A stretch of DNA of 64,000 nt from Thermodesulfobacteriota bacterium (GTDB taxonomy: Bacteria; Desulfobacterota_D; UBA1144; Nemesobacterales; UBA2774), in assembly GCA_965216785.1 (NCBI GenBank), contig OZ244197.1, positions 1,216,001-1,280,000 of the forward strand, given 5' to 3'. The notes under the pieces were generated by a model. It was not told the DNA's origin, made no database searches, and saw only the letters and a program-made list of their open reading frames with translations. The first letter of the stretch is position 1; each line of letters opens with the position of its first letter. Shown here piece after piece: positions 18,509-30,162 of this stretch. A program made the position numbers and the translations under genes.

Positions 18509-19477
18509 TTACTCGGTCACTGTATACTCGTTTGTGTACTTTTGTCCGGCTCTTGTGTATTCGATAGTGAAGTTGCTTTCTCCCCTGAGCTCCTCAAATA
18601 CTCCCAAAGCTTTTTCGACATCGTTAAGCTCGACGTTATTTATCTGATGTAGCGTATCTCCGTTTTTAATTCCTATCTTCCAAAAAATACTGTTTGATCG
18701 TATTCCGAAGAACCTGAGGCCGTCTTTTTGTGGTATAACTCTTGCCTCCTGCACAATCTGAGTCGGATCACCCAGGACCTCCTCGAGAGTATCCCGGCTA
18801 ATCTCAAATTCATTTTCGCCTATTTTATTTATCCCCTCATCATTGGCTTGTGATTCTTGATCTCCATTATCCCTCTTGTTCCTGCTGTTTGCCCGGCTAT
18901 TCTTTCTTTTCTGCCGCTTGTTATGTTTTGTAGCGGATGCGACTTCGTCTCCAAGGTTTTTACATTTAATCGTCTCTCGTTCTCTTCTTCCCCTTTCAAT
19001 AACCGCTTTGCAGTTCTTTACTTTGACCAAGGTAACATTCTCTTTTTTGATTATATCTATTTTGTCCCCGCCCCTGTATCCTTGGACTTTGCTATTGTCA
19101 GGGTTTTTGATTATAGCTACTGACTTTGCGTCGGGGTTCATAATAGTTCCCAATAGTACCAAGTTGAGACTAGACTCCGGCAGCTCTTCAGTTGACCCGA
19201 GCGGTGTGCCTGGCCTTGAAGCGCCTGGGCCGCTTGATGTAATGCCGAATATATTCCGGGTCGCGATAACCTTATAATATGACTCGGGCTTTGTTCTGTG
19301 TGCTCTTTTTGAATTGCTCGGATCGATAACATCAAATTTCTGGGACGCTACGGCGTCAGTAGGCTTCAACTTACCTTCAATTTGTCCGTTCACTGTAGTT
19401 GCAAGAAGATATGCAAGGCCGGTGAGGAGGATAAGATTAATAACCCAAACGTATTTTTTTAAAATAGTGACCAGCAT
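18509..19477 (-). CDS. gspC: T2SS protein GspC with PDZ domain
   Basis: N-terminal TM, RNIFG, LVLLGT, C-terminal PDZ (GIKNGDTLHQIN). Confidence 0.85.
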   Translation of the reverse strand: MLVTILKKYVWVINLILLTGLAYLLATTVNGQIEGKLKPTDAVASQKFDVIDPSNSKRAHRTKPESYYKVIATRNIFGITSSGPGASRPGTPLGSTEELPESSLNLVLLGTIMNPDAKSVAIIKNPDNSKVQGYRGGDKIDIIKKENVTLVKVKNCKAVIERGRRERETIKCKNLGDEVASATKHNKRQKRKNSRANSRNKRDNGDQESQANDEGINKIGENEFEISRDTLEEVLGDPTQIVQEARVIPQKDGLRFFGIRSNSIFWKIGIKNGDTLHQINNVELNDVEKALGVFEELRGESNFTIEYTRAGQKYTNEYTVTE

Positions 19478-19628
19478 TTAAGTAGAATAGTTAATTTTAC
19501 CTTAAAAAATAAAGTCTTATACTTTAACTGTCAAGCATTACTTATCTTTTACGCTCAAAAACCGGAAAGTATTCTGAGAATTAAAAATCATATCCTTTTC
19601 GCCAAATCAATTGAAATAAGCCTGAAAA

Positions 19629-21059
19629 TTATTGATAAATTGTACTCTGATTGTAATCTCCGCAGCAGTTTACAAGCTCACTCAGAAGCACGCTCTGGTA
19701 CTCCTTGGTTTTCCATCCGTATCCGTTTGAGAGTATGGAGAAAACGAGTACGTCCCCTTTCTTTGTAAATACGTAGCCCGAGAGTGCCCTTACATTCTTC
19801 AGATATCCTGTTTTAGCCATTACTCTTCCCTCAAGCTCAGAATTCCTGAACCTTTTCTTTAGAGTGCCGTCGACCCCTGCAACAGGGAGCGATACTATGA
19901 AGTCAGAGGCGATCAAGCGGTTTCTGTAAGCATACGATAAGATTTCTGTCAGAGTGTCGGGGGAAACTCGGTTATTTAGCGAAAGCCCCGAGCCGTCTGC
20001 TACTCGGAAGCCGTTTTCAATGCCCGCGCTTCTAAGGAACTCGGAAATTACGAGAGAGCCGTTTTCCCATGTTCCCGGGGCGCCTTTGTAGGTGGCTCCG
20101 AGAACCTTTATTAAATTCTCACCGATAATATTTACGCTGTTCTTATTGTATTCCGTAATTATAGAAGAAAGTGGGTCAGAGTAGTGAGTGTAAAAAGCGC
20201 TCGCCCATCTGGGGATTTCCCCTTTACTCACAGTACCGTCTACCTTTATGCCCGCTTCCTGAAGCGCGCTCTTGATTACATTGCCTGTTACAAGGGCGGG
20301 ATCCTTAACCGGAATTTTAAGCACAACGTTTGCTCTAGGCTTTATCACTCCGCTCAGCACTATGGTGCCTTCGTTCTGCCAGGTGGTTCTGAGCGCTCCC
20401 TTCTTGCCGCTGGTGAGGGCTTTATTGACGATCTGTATATTGGTGCCGGCAGGCTCTATTTTTGCTGTAGGTCTCTGGCCGGATTTAGCGGCGTATACCT
20501 TAAGCTCTATTATATTATAGTTAAAAGAAAGGGCGCTTATATGAGGGCTGTAGAAATCATCTTTCCACTCCTCTTTCCATCCTTTGGCGTGCCGACGCGT
20601 GCTGAAATAGCTGTCGTCTACGATTATTCCGCCTCTTATTTCCTTAATTCCCCTTCTCTTTAGTTGGTAGGAGATAAATCCCAGATGCGCCGCTTCAAGC
20701 GTGGGGTCGCCGTAACCTTTTATATATAGTCCCCCGTGTAAGACTCCGTCCGATACTCCCCCTCCTGAATAGAATTCTGTTTTGAAGCGGTAATCGCTCT
20801 TTAGAATCGAAAGCGCCGCAACAGAGGTTATAATTTTTTCGTTTGAAGCTGGGATAAAGAGCTTCTCTCCGTTATGCTCGTATAATGTCTCACCGGTTGT
20901 GAGTGATTTCACCACAACTCCGAGCTTCGCGGTATTCTTCGCTTCGGCTGGGAGAAGGGGGGCGATTCTGGAAGTGTAAGACGAATTCTCGGCACCCGCA
21001 GTATCCACGGTTATAAATATCAATAAAAAAGCTAGAATAGGGAGTAAAATCGGTCTCAT
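19629..21059 (-). CDS. dacB: D-Ala-D-Ala carboxypeptidase/endopeptidase (PBP4, S13)
   Basis: PASNEK (SxxK), NKNSVN (SxN), KTG; GYGDP, DGSGLS. Confidence 0.93.
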   Translation of the reverse strand: MRPILLPILAFLLIFITVDTAGAENSSYTSRIAPLLPAEAKNTAKLGVVVKSLTTGETLYEHNGEKLFIPASNEKIITSVAALSILKSDYRFKTEFYSGGGVSDGVLHGGLYIKGYGDPTLEAAHLGFISYQLKRRGIKEIRGGIIVDDSYFSTRRHAKGWKEEWKDDFYSPHISALSFNYNIIELKVYAAKSGQRPTAKIEPAGTNIQIVNKALTSGKKGALRTTWQNEGTIVLSGVIKPRANVVLKIPVKDPALVTGNVIKSALQEAGIKVDGTVSKGEIPRWASAFYTHYSDPLSSIITEYNKNSVNIIGENLIKVLGATYKGAPGTWENGSLVISEFLRSAGIENGFRVADGSGLSLNNRVSPDTLTEILSYAYRNRLIASDFIVSLPVAGVDGTLKKRFRNSELEGRVMAKTGYLKNVRALSGYVFTKKGDVLVFSILSNGYGWKTKEYQSVLLSELVNCCGDYNQSTIYQ

Positions 21060-21283
21060 AATAAGAATTATATATTAACCGTAAGCGCTTTTTATTTCAA
21101 AGAAAAATTTCAATTTTTTTCTAGAGCGGTCAAAATTACCGTATACACATTAATTCCCCCGGGAGCGCCGCGCCGGAGTTCATAGATAAAATTGACATCT
21201 ATGCTATGATTTATTCTGTAGCGTTTATTACTACTTTTGGGAATAATTCGGGTCTGGCCACATACATCAAGCGATAAAATAAA

Positions 21284-21982
21284 ATGCGAATCAGCAATAA
21301 AAAAGGGATTTTCTTTGATTTCGGAGATACTCTGGCCTCTACAGATCCGCCGTTTATTACTCGTATAGCAATGTCTATGAGAGAGGCGGGGCTGGATATC
21401 TCGAACAGGGAATTTGAGGTTAAGTACGTAGAGGCTGATTACAAGCTGTACTTAAAACATAAGGTAAGAGGCGGAATGACTCCTGAAGACTATAGACAAT
21501 GGTTTCTGCCTATATTGTATGAATCGTTATCCATAGAAAGTGATATTCAGGAATTCCGGCAAAACGTAAGAGCCGCTATGAGCAAGATCGAGTTTACAAG
21601 GATCGCTCTTCCGGGCGCTCTGGACCTTCTGGACGATCTTAAGCGAAGGGGTTATAAACTCGGGGTTATATCGAATAATGACGGATACACAGAGAGTAAG
21701 TGTGAAGAGGTTGGGATCAGCGGTTTTTTCGATTTCATGCTGGATTCTACCAGGCTTGATATGATTAAGCCCGACCAGCGGATTTTTCGCCATGCGCTCA
21801 AGCGAGCAGAGCTCTTACCCGAAGATGTTGTTCACGTTGGGGATATGATCGGCTCAGATGTGATGGGGGCCGATAATGCGGGGTTGGACGCTATATGGGT
21901 GAACTCAAGGGACGTCGATAACGTGAGCGGAAAAGAGGTAAAGCAAGTTAATAATCTGGCCGAATTAAAATCCATTATCTAA
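21284..21982 (+). CDS. HAD-superfamily hydrolase
   Basis: FDFGDTL, ISN, KPD, HVGD..SDVMGA. Confidence 0.9.
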   Translation: MRISNKKGIFFDFGDTLASTDPPFITRIAMSMREAGLDISNREFEVKYVEADYKLYLKHKVRGGMTPEDYRQWFLPILYESLSIESDIQEFRQNVRAAMSKIEFTRIALPGALDLLDDLKRRGYKLGVISNNDGYTESKCEEVGISGFFDFMLDSTRLDMIKPDQRIFRHALKRAELLPEDVVHVGDMIGSDVMGADNAGLDAIWVNSRDVDNVSGKEVKQVNNLAELKSII

Positions 21983-22061
21983 TTTTCTTTTGTGAATTAT
22001 CCGGTATTCCCTAAAATATTGATTATTACCAGTACTCAATACGGTGCCTGAGGAACTATTT

Positions 22062-24794
22062 ATGGAAGGTAAGATAAAGATAGAAGGGGCTAGGGAAAAT
22101 AACCTCAAGAATATCAACGTTGAGGTTCCGTGGCACAAGTATACTGTGATCACCGGGCTTAGCGGCTCGGGAAAGTCCTCACTTGCGCTCGATACTCTTT
22201 ATGCCGAGGGGCTGAGGAGATATATCGAATGCCTTTCAACGTATGCGAGGCAGTTTCTTGAAAGAGTAGACCGCCCGGACATGGACGACATTACGGGCCT
22301 TCCCCCGGCTGTCGCAATTGAGAGCAGAAATACGGTAAGGAACTCCCGCTCTACCGTGGGCACCACGACAGAGATATATGATTATTTGAGGCTTCTATAC
22401 GCCAAGATCGGAAAGACCTATTGCCCGGACTGTAATAAGCTTGTGAGTCTGCGCTCAGCCTCGGATATAGCCCGGGAGTTATTAAAGAATCACCCGGGAG
22501 AGAGGGTATATATTACATTCCCTTACGGAAGCACAGGCTATACACAGGCCGAGCTATTATCCAGAGGGTACGTTAGAGCGCTGGTCGACGGGGAAATGCG
22601 GGAGATAGAAGAAGCCGACCTGACACCCGAAAACACAGAAGTTTTGGTTGACCGCGTCGCGGTAGATAAAAAATCACTCCCAAGGATAGTGGATTCCATT
22701 GAGACCGCATTTTCGGAGAGCAGGAATATTCACGTTATTATCCACGGCGGCGAGACTCTTTATTATTCAAAAGAGCTTGAATGCGTTTCTTGCAAGAAAC
22801 GTTTTTTAGAGCCTACGCCTTTACTGTTTTCATTTAACAGCCCTCAGGGGGCATGCTCTGAGTGCAGGGGGTTTGGAAACATACTTAAGCCCGACCCAGA
22901 GCTATTGGTGCCCGATCCCGAAAAGAGTCTGTCCGAGGGCGCTATAGAGCCCCTGACCAAGCCCTCGCTTAAAAGCAGAGAGAAAAAGATGCTCGAATTC
23001 GCAGTGACTGAGGGGATAGATACGGATAAACCTTACAAGAAACTCACCAAAAAAGAGAAGGATCTAATATTCAACGGAGGCGAGGGGTTTAGAGGTATAA
23101 ACGGCGTCTTCAGATACCTTGAGGGTAAGAGCTATAAGATGCATGTTCGGGTGTTTCTCAGTAAATACCGCTCGGCTTTTGACTGCGATATGTGTAAAGG
23201 GTCGAGGCTGAGGGAGGAGGCGCTGTATGTGAAAGTCGGCGGAAAAGATATTTCAGAGCTCTCTGAATTATCCATCGATAGGCTGGAGCAATTTTTCAGC
23301 AAGTTGTCACTGAGTGGCTATGAGAAGAATATCGCGGATGAAATATTAAAACAGATCAATTCCAGAACTGATTTTCTCCTAAAGGTAGGTCTTGAATACC
23401 TTACCCTTTCCCGGCTCACGCGCTCTCTCTCGGGCGGGGAGGCTCAGAGGGTAAGCCTCGCCTGCCAGCTGGGTTCTAGCCTCACGGAGACTCTATATAT
23501 TATGGACGAGCCTTCTATTGGTCTTCACGCGCGCGATATCGGTCGTCTGGTTTCGCTCATTCATGAGCTCAGGGACAGAGATAACACAGTGGTCGTAGTA
23601 GAGCACGATTTTGAGATGATAAAGTCTGCTGACCATATAGTGGAACTCGGGCCGCTCGCGGGAAAGAAGGGCGGGGACATAGTGTATCAGGGAAGCGCGA
23701 AAAAGCTCCTCAGCAATTCCAACAGCTCCCTTACTAAAAGCTATATGCTGGGGGAGGAGCGGATTGCGGCGCCTTCAAAGAGAAGGAAGGGGAGCGGAAG
23801 AAAGTTAACCGTTAAAGGCGCTGCCGAAAATAATCTTAAAAACCTTACAGTATCGTTTCCTCTAAGGACTTTCATATGCGTTACGGGAGTCTCGGGCTCA
23901 GGCAAAAGCTCCCTTGTGAACGATGTTTTGTATGCGGCGCTTGCGAGGAGCTTCAGGGGAGATGTAGAGAGAGTGGGCAAATTCAAGGAAATTAAGGGGG
24001 CTGAGCTGCTTTCAGACGTAGTAATGCTCGATCAGAATCCCATCGGTAAGACTCTCAGATCAAACCCAGTGACATACATAAAGGCTTATGACGAGATAAG
24101 AAAAGCCATTGCCGGCACTTGGCAGGCGAAATCAAAAGGTCTTACCCCGTCTCATTTTTCGTTCAACGTCAAAGGCGGGCGGTGCGAGACGTGCGAAGGC
24201 GAGGGCAGACTCAAGATCGAGATGCACTTTCTGGCTGACGTCTATGTCGTCTGTGAGGACTGCAGTGGGCTCCGCTTTAAAAAAGAAGTGCTCTCGGTCA
24301 GATACAAGGATAAGAATATTGACGATATTTTAAAACTCACTGTGAATGAAGCTATAAACTTTTTCTTTGAAGTTCCCGCCTTGGGCAGAAAATTAAAAAT
24401 TCTTCAGGACGTAGGGCTCGGTTATCTGAGTCTCGGTCAGCCTGCGCCCACACTATCGGGAGGGGAAGCGCAGCGTATAAAGATTGCAAGGGAGCTCGGC
24501 AAAAAAACGGGCCACGACATACTATATATTTTGGATGAGCCTACGGTAGGGCTCCACGCGGAGGATGTGAAAAAACTCCTGGAGGTTATAAATAAGCTCG
24601 TTTACGCGGGCAACACGGTGATCCTGGTCGAGCACAATATGGACGTGATAAAATCCGCAGACCACGTGATTGATCTCGGTCCCGAGGGAGGGGAAGCGGG
24701 CGGTAATATCGTCGTCGAGGGGACTCCCGAGGTTGTGGCGGATTCTATGCGGTCATATACCGGCAAATATCTGAAAGAGGCTCTATCTCTGTAG
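22062..24794 (+). CDS. uvrA: Excinuclease ABC subunit A (UvrA or UvrA-like paralogue)
   Basis: [10 protein letters not shown], two Walker A ([16 protein letters not shown]), two LSGGEAQR, zinc fingers. Confidence 0.9.
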   Translation: MEGKIKIEGARENNLKNINVEVPWHKYTVITGLSGSGKSSLALDTLYAEGLRRYIECLSTYARQFLERVDRPDMDDITGLPPAVAIESRNTVRNSRSTVGTTTEIYDYLRLLYAKIGKTYCPDCNKLVSLRSASDIARELLKNHPGERVYITFPYGSTGYTQAELLSRGYVRALVDGEMREIEEADLTPENTEVLVDRVAVDKKSLPRIVDSIETAFSESRNIHVIIHGGETLYYSKELECVSCKKRFLEPTPLLFSFNSPQGACSECRGFGNILKPDPELLVPDPEKSLSEGAIEPLTKPSLKSREKKMLEFAVTEGIDTDKPYKKLTKKEKDLIFNGGEGFRGINGVFRYLEGKSYKMHVRVFLSKYRSAFDCDMCKGSRLREEALYVKVGGKDISELSELSIDRLEQFFSKLSLSGYEKNIADEILKQINSRTDFLLKVGLEYLTLSRLTRSLSGGEAQRVSLACQLGSSLTETLYIMDEPSIGLHARDIGRLVSLIHELRDRDNTVVVVEHDFEMIKSADHIVELGPLAGKKGGDIVYQGSAKKLLSNSNSSLTKSYMLGEERIAAPSKRRKGSGRKLTVKGAAENNLKNLTVSFPLRTFICVTGVSGSGKSSLVNDVLYAALARSFRGDVERVGKFKEIKGAELLSDVVMLDQNPIGKTLRSNPVTYIKAYDEIRKAIAGTWQAKSKGLTPSHFSFNVKGGRCETCEGEGRLKIEMHFLADVYVVCEDCSGLRFKKEVLSVRYKDKNIDDILKLTVNEAINFFFEVPALGRKLKILQDVGLGYLSLGQPAPTLSGGEAQRIKIARELGKKTGHDILYILDEPTVGLHAEDVKKLLEVINKLVYAGNTVILVEHNMDVIKSADHVIDLGPEGGEAGGNIVVEGTPEVVADSMRSYTGKYLKEALSL

Positions 24795-24924
24795 AGCGTA
24801 TTGGGCTCTCTTCATCAAAACGTAATTCAGCTAAATAATCTCGGAAATAAACGGGAAAAACTTGAAAATCTTATAATAAGGTATATATAAGTACTGATAA
24901 ATTCGCACGGAGTAACTTTATTAA

Positions 24925-26031
24925 ATGGCCAACGGAAAACGGGATTACTATGAAATACTTGGTGTTTCAAGAGACGCCAATGCAGATGAGATAAAAAAAG
25001 CTTACCGAAAGCTCGCCCTCCAGCACCACCCCGACCACAATGATGAGCCGGGTTCTGAAGAAAAGTTCAAAGAGCTATCTGAAGCCTACGGCGTGCTTTC
25101 AGACCCTGAAAAGCGCGCGCGCTATGACCGCGGCGGGTTCGAGGGACTCGATGGCGTATCGTTCGAGGATATATTCGGCGGGATTAACTTCGGGGACATA
25201 TTCGGGGGCGCAAGAGCCGGTAGAGGAGGCGGTGGAGGCGGGTTCGGCAGCGTCTTCGACGACCTGTTCGGGTTCGGCGGAAGACGGGGCCCTCAGGGCG
25301 GAATGAGCGTTCAGACGGAGGTAACCGTACCGCTTAAGACAATACTCACCGGCGGAGATGAGAAGATTAAGTACAGCCGTACCCAGACTTGTCCCGTTTG
25401 CGACGGGTCAAGAGCAAAACCGGGAACAGAGCCTATTAGCTGTGAGGAATGCGGAGGCGCCGGACAGAAGGTGTTTACCTCTCAGCAGCAGGGAATGGTG
25501 TTTCAGCAGGTTGCTGTGTGTGAAGTTTGCGGGGGGCTCGGTTCGATAATTGAAGACCCCTGCACCGACTGCAGAGGAACCGGGAGCGTCGAGCAGGAAA
25601 CCGAAATCGAGATAAAAATTCCACCCGGAGTAGACGAAGGGACAGCGCTAAGAGTTCCGGGACATGGGAATCTGAGTCCCGCGCCGGGAGGGCCGCCGGG
25701 GGACCTGATTGTGGTTATTAATACGGAGGATGATCCCAGGTTTGTGCGCAGAGGAGACCACCTTCAGCGTACGGAAAATATCAGCATATCAGACGCCGTA
25801 CTCGGCACAAAACGAGACGTACCTACTCTTTTAGGTGAAATAGAGGTTAAAATACCCGCGGGCACGCAGCCGGGCACGGTTATGCGTCTCGCGAACGAAG
25901 GTCTCCCCAATTACGGCTCGGGCAGACGCGGCGATATTTACCTCAATATCCAGGTTGAAATACCCAAAAAACCATCTAAAGAAGAAAAGAAGATATTTGA
26001 GCAGTTACAAGAGCTGCAAGATAAGAAATAA
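24925..26031 (+). CDS. dnaJ: Chaperone DnaJ
   Basis: J domain with HPD, G/F region, four CxxCxGxG-type repeats. Confidence 0.93.
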   Translation: MANGKRDYYEILGVSRDANADEIKKAYRKLALQHHPDHNDEPGSEEKFKELSEAYGVLSDPEKRARYDRGGFEGLDGVSFEDIFGGINFGDIFGGARAGRGGGGGGFGSVFDDLFGFGGRRGPQGGMSVQTEVTVPLKTILTGGDEKIKYSRTQTCPVCDGSRAKPGTEPISCEECGGAGQKVFTSQQQGMVFQQVAVCEVCGGLGSIIEDPCTDCRGTGSVEQETEIEIKIPPGVDEGTALRVPGHGNLSPAPGGPPGDLIVVINTEDDPRFVRRGDHLQRTENISISDAVLGTKRDVPTLLGEIEVKIPAGTQPGTVMRLANEGLPNYGSGRRGDIYLNIQVEIPKKPSKEEKKIFEQLQELQDKK

Positions 26032-26076
26032 TCTTTTTGCCTGCCTTTGATCCCATTTAACTATGGAGGACGGAGC

Positions 26077-26466
26077 ATGAAATATTTACAGATGAGCAAC
26101 AAAGAGCTTGCCCTGTTCTTATTTCGTATTGTTGTGGGTGTTAACTTTCTCATGCATGGGGCGGTAAGGGTCTTGGGCGACTACGGTGGATTTGCCTCAG
26201 GCATGGTGAGTGATTTCGGAGAAACCTTTCTTCACCCTCTGTCCGTCATGGCTCTTGCTTATGTGATACCCATAATAGAGCTGATTATCGGTATAATCCT
26301 CGTGACAGGCTATAAGCTCAGATACGGACTGATCCTCGGATTCCTACTGATGGCTGTTCTGATCTTCGGAATGTCTTTACTTCAGCAATGGGCGGTTGTG
26401 GGTACTCAAATGATATACGCGATCTCTTTATTTCTTCTCCTGTATTTTCAGGAAGACGAGACTTAG
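26077..26466 (+). CDS. DoxX-family membrane protein
   Basis: LFRIVVGVNFLMHG; four TM segments; GGAGG SD. Confidence 0.8.
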   Translation: MKYLQMSNKELALFLFRIVVGVNFLMHGAVRVLGDYGGFASGMVSDFGETFLHPLSVMALAYVIPIIELIIGIILVTGYKLRYGLILGFLLMAVLIFGMSLLQQWAVVGTQMIYAISLFLLLYFQEDET

Positions 26467-26498
26467 CACAGATACCGGCTTAAATTTTTACGCTTACA

Positions 26499-27236
26499 TT
26501 ACTTGTATAGCCCAAGAGTAAATGGGAAGCTCAGCACCTGCGTGTCGTTTGGTTTTTCAGGGTCTCTCCAGCCTACGTCCAGAAATACCTCGGGCACTTC
26601 TCCCGGCAGGTGTCTGAAATAAACGTAGCCGCTGACATTTGAACCCGGATAAACAGGACCCGAGACCAGAGCGAAGGTGAGGATGTCTTTGGTGCTCACG
26701 GGTTCTGCCTGATAAGCCGTGGGCGGTGCGTACCAGCCCGGATAATAGTTATAAATTCCGACCGCGGGCCCGTAGTATCCTCTCCTGCCGTAACCTCTGC
26801 CGTAACCATATCCCCCGCCGAATCCAAACCCAACGCCGACCGATACCCTGGGGTAAGAGGGCGCGTTGTATCCATACGCAGGCTCGGAGGTCGAAACCGC
26901 GGATGCCACAACTTCAGGCGACAGCGGGTTATACTGGGTACGGTAAGGATCGAACAGCACTACGTCACTGTAATTAATATCAATCGTCTTGCCTGACTGA
27001 TTATCTATCTCCACAAAATAAGGGGTTACGTAATCGGGCAGGTTGTGGGGAGTGTATGGCCAGTAATTAGGCGTCACTTTGACCGTTACACCGTTTTCAC
27101 TGCTAAGAGTCGATGGTATCGGGGCTTGAAGCTCATCTCTTCCTCCGTAATAACCAGGAGCGCAGCCCGCCAGAATCAGAAGTGATATAAATACTCCCGC
27201 GCTGAGAACCCTTGTTCTGGAATTTAGGTATTTCAT
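26499..27236 (-). CDS. Hypothetical lipoprotein with Gly/Tyr-rich segment
   Basis: LAGC lipobox; GFGFGGGYGYGRGYG low-complexity insert. Confidence 0.75.
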   Translation of the reverse strand: MKYLNSRTRVLSAGVFISLLILAGCAPGYYGGRDELQAPIPSTLSSENGVTVKVTPNYWPYTPHNLPDYVTPYFVEIDNQSGKTIDINYSDVVLFDPYRTQYNPLSPEVVASAVSTSEPAYGYNAPSYPRVSVGVGFGFGGGYGYGRGYGRRGYYGPAVGIYNYYPGWYAPPTAYQAEPVSTKDILTFALVSGPVYPGSNVSGYVYFRHLPGEVPEVFLDVGWRDPEKPNDTQVLSFPFTLGLYK

Positions 27237-27415
27237 ATTTGATAGCCCCCCGTGACCTGCGTTTACATCCTTTGCATAAGTATAAAGAACAGGGGAAGCG
27301 GTTTCTACGAAAACTTTATACAGTTAAATCTACTATATTCGAGTGTGGATTTGGACAAAGGGGTCATATTTGCTACAATAAAGTTCAAAAATCAAATAGG
27401 AGACTTAAAAAGAAA

Positions 27416-28723
27416 ATGGGTAAATATCCGCCTGGTCTCGACGTTACAGTAGATTATAAATTTATGGACGCTGTTTTTCAGCGCCGCTCCCGAAGGTTCG
27501 GTCTCGGAATGGAGATCGAGAAAGGCCCTCTGGCCTATAAATCCAAGCATGATCATGTAGGGCTCTCAGAGCTTGAAGAAGCGATAATAGTATGGAACGG
27601 GCTTGGAATTAAGAATATCAACCTTTCCGATTTCCCGCCCCACGTAGGGCTCGATCTTGAAATGCAGTTTACCAGTAAAACTATTCCTGCTCTCGGAGAC
27701 GTGCACAGAACAGAGCTCTTCTATACGAACGACGAGGGCACTTATATGATAAAGATGCACGATAAGCAGCCAGACGATTTTAAAGGGCTTGAAGCGCTCA
27801 GCCGTGAGGAGAGGGTAGATCGTATACTAGAGCTTTTCAGGGAATCGAGGATAAAGCTCGAAGACGGCAGAGCGGACCTCCCATCCCAGCCTCCGGGACT
27901 TGCGGGGCATAATCTCTGGAATGTCAACAAACCGGGAACTACGGTGTTTATGCCCGTCACCGACCTTTCGGCCTGTATCATTAACCTCTATTTCTTTTAC
28001 ATGAGGCCCGACCACCGCTTTAACTTTGTGGACGAGCTTCACGGCATGAGACCGCCGGGTACTTCCGAGTGGTTGAAAAAGGGTTTTCTTGACGAAGGAA
28101 AGCGTATGCCGCTCATTGAGGCCGAGCTCCGCTTCGCAAACGGCTACATCGCGGAGCAGGCGTTTATGGGTCAGAACATGGTGCTCACTTTACAGACTCT
28201 GGGGCTCGGTGGATGGCTCTTTAGTGGATTCGCCAGCATGTTTATGCTGGGCGGTACGCCATTTAACAGAGGACTCGGGTTCAGGTTCATAACTCCAGAG
28301 ATTACAGGAGACACGGGTAATCCCAATCCTGTGGCTGTAGGAAAAGACGACCTCTTCCACGCTTACTGCCCTCCTTATTATAAAGATATGGGGGAGGCTG
28401 TAGAGGCCTTTAACGATGCTAAATGGACGAACTGGGAGTCTCACGATATGCCCTACAAAAACCCTGAGAGCGTGCTAGAGACGGTAGAGAGACCGAGTAA
28501 GGAAGAGATACAGGTAGTTAAGGATATCTGCAACTATGTATATGACACTTACGGTAGGTTCCCCGCGTTTTCAGACCCTATGTTCCTTAGGTTTATGGTC
28601 CAGGCCCATCACCTAGATCTTGATTTCTACGACCAGTTCTACCCGGAAGGGGCCTATACGGAGAACCATAAGAATCATTTCAAGCTATGGCACCCCGATA
28701 TAGCAGACCCGTTTGAGAAATAG
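27416..28723 (+). CDS. Uncharacterised protein, probable nitroreductase-like fold
   Basis: RRSRRF and QNMVLTLQTLGLGGW resemble nitroreductase FMN motifs; start 27416 after AGGAG (upstream TTG overlaps the divergent gene). Confidence 0.6.
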   Translation: MGKYPPGLDVTVDYKFMDAVFQRRSRRFGLGMEIEKGPLAYKSKHDHVGLSELEEAIIVWNGLGIKNINLSDFPPHVGLDLEMQFTSKTIPALGDVHRTELFYTNDEGTYMIKMHDKQPDDFKGLEALSREERVDRILELFRESRIKLEDGRADLPSQPPGLAGHNLWNVNKPGTTVFMPVTDLSACIINLYFFYMRPDHRFNFVDELHGMRPPGTSEWLKKGFLDEGKRMPLIEAELRFANGYIAEQAFMGQNMVLTLQTLGLGGWLFSGFASMFMLGGTPFNRGLGFRFITPEITGDTGNPNPVAVGKDDLFHAYCPPYYKDMGEAVEAFNDAKWTNWESHDMPYKNPESVLETVERPSKEEIQVVKDICNYVYDTYGRFPAFSDPMFLRFMVQAHHLDLDFYDQFYPEGAYTENHKNHFKLWHPDIADPFEK

Positions 28724-28805
28724 GGTTGGGCTTAATTACGATTTAACATTTTAGTTTTAGAATATCTAATGGTCTTAGATCAATTGAAGTACCGGTAAAT
28801 CGTTT

Positions 28806-29777
28806 ATGAAAAAAATTTTTGTTAGCGCAGTGTATCCCGGAAGCTCAATAGACCGCCTGGCCCAAAAGTACGACGTCTGTGTGTTCGATAAAGAACGCTT
28901 GCCTACAGCTCAGGAGCTTGCCCGTGAGGCAGAAGGCTCATCCGCTCTAATTACAACTGTCTCCGATATCATCGACAAAAAGCTGATTGACCTCCTCCCT
29001 GACCTTAAGATAATTGCCAACGCGGCGGTCGGTTATGAGAACATTGATATTCCATATGCGACTGAAAAAGGTATTTTCGTAACAAATACTCCGGGAGTGC
29101 TAACTGAGGCAGTAGCGGATATGGCCTGGGCGCTAATCTTATCGGTCGGAAGGAGGGTTGTCGAAGCGGACGAATATGTGAGGGGAGGGCAGTTTACGTG
29201 CTGGCTGCCGGATCTCTTGCTGGGCCTAAATATTTACAATAAGACGCTCGGAGTTTTCGGTATGGGCCGCATAGGCAAGGCTGTTGCCAGAAGGGGGACA
29301 GGGTTCGGCATGAAAATCATATATAACAGCAGGAGCGTAAACGAAGAAGCGGAAAAAGATATCGGGGCACGCTTCGTCGATTTTTCCACTCTCCTAAAGG
29401 ACTCGGATTATCTAGTTGTCACGACCCCGCTAACCCCGGAGACCAGAGAAAGAGTCGGACTTGCGGAATTTAAGCAAATGAAAAAAGAGTCTGTAATTAT
29501 TAACGTCGGAAGGGGACCGATTATTAAAGAAGCCGAACTTGCTCAGGCTCTAGAGCAAGGGCTTGTTTGGGGAGCGGGTCTGGATGTATTCGAAAATGAG
29601 CCCGATGTGGACACTGAGCTATTGAAACAAAAGAATGTAGTCTTGGCACCTCATATAGCGAGCGCTTCAAGGGAAACGAGAGAGAAGATGATCGATATGG
29701 CGGTGAGGAACGTCGAGCTTGCTCTTAGCGGTGAGGTCCCCGAGCATTTGGTAAATCCCGAAGTGGTTAGCTCCTAG
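28806..29777 (+). CDS. D-2-hydroxyacid dehydrogenase (glyoxylate/D-glycerate reductase type)
   Basis: GMGRIG, INVGRG, AGLDVFENEP, PHIAS. Confidence 0.9.
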   Translation: MKKIFVSAVYPGSSIDRLAQKYDVCVFDKERLPTAQELAREAEGSSALITTVSDIIDKKLIDLLPDLKIIANAAVGYENIDIPYATEKGIFVTNTPGVLTEAVADMAWALILSVGRRVVEADEYVRGGQFTCWLPDLLLGLNIYNKTLGVFGMGRIGKAVARRGTGFGMKIIYNSRSVNEEAEKDIGARFVDFSTLLKDSDYLVVTTPLTPETRERVGLAEFKQMKKESVIINVGRGPIIKEAELAQALEQGLVWGAGLDVFENEPDVDTELLKQKNVVLAPHIASASRETREKMIDMAVRNVELALSGEVPEHLVNPEVVSS

Positions 29778-29789
29778 ATAGAAACTCTC

Positions 29790-30068
29790 TTAGTCCTTAT
29801 CTTTTCCTTTTTTATATTCGGAGCTCTCAGAGTCTTTTTGAGACGTCTCTTGTTTTGACCCGAAAAGGAATTTAAACGGCAGCTTTAGTATGAAAAGTAT
29901 TACAGAGGGACGGAGGAATATTGAAGTGAATAGCCAAATGTCTGCCGGCGTTAGATAAATCTTGGAATCCCACACACCCATCTGTCCGGTCATTACCACG
30001 TGGTCTTCTTCGACAGAAGAATCCTTCACTATGAATTCAAACTCACCTGCAGGGCTTACGACTTTCAT
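29790..30068 (-). CDS. Hypothetical protein
   Basis: 92 aa with GGAGGAG SD. Confidence 0.7.
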   Translation of the reverse strand: MKVVSPAGEFEFIVKDSSVEEDHVVMTGQMGVWDSKIYLTPADIWLFTSIFLRPSVILFILKLPFKFLFGSKQETSQKDSESSEYKKGKDKD

Positions 30069-30162
30069 ATCTCCTCCGATTTAAATGGTATTGATAGGAT
30101 TATCTCATAAAGGCCGGAACTTTTCCAATGCGGATTATCTGACGGCTATGCCTGGAGTAGGC

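Noticed and set aside
24795-24924. CIRCE element upstream of dnaJ
   Set aside because: No TTAGCACTC-N9-GAGTGCTAA found
27212-27415. N-terminal 68 codons of the 503-aa ORF
   Set aside because: Overlaps the divergent gene start and intergenic region; SD supports ATG 27416
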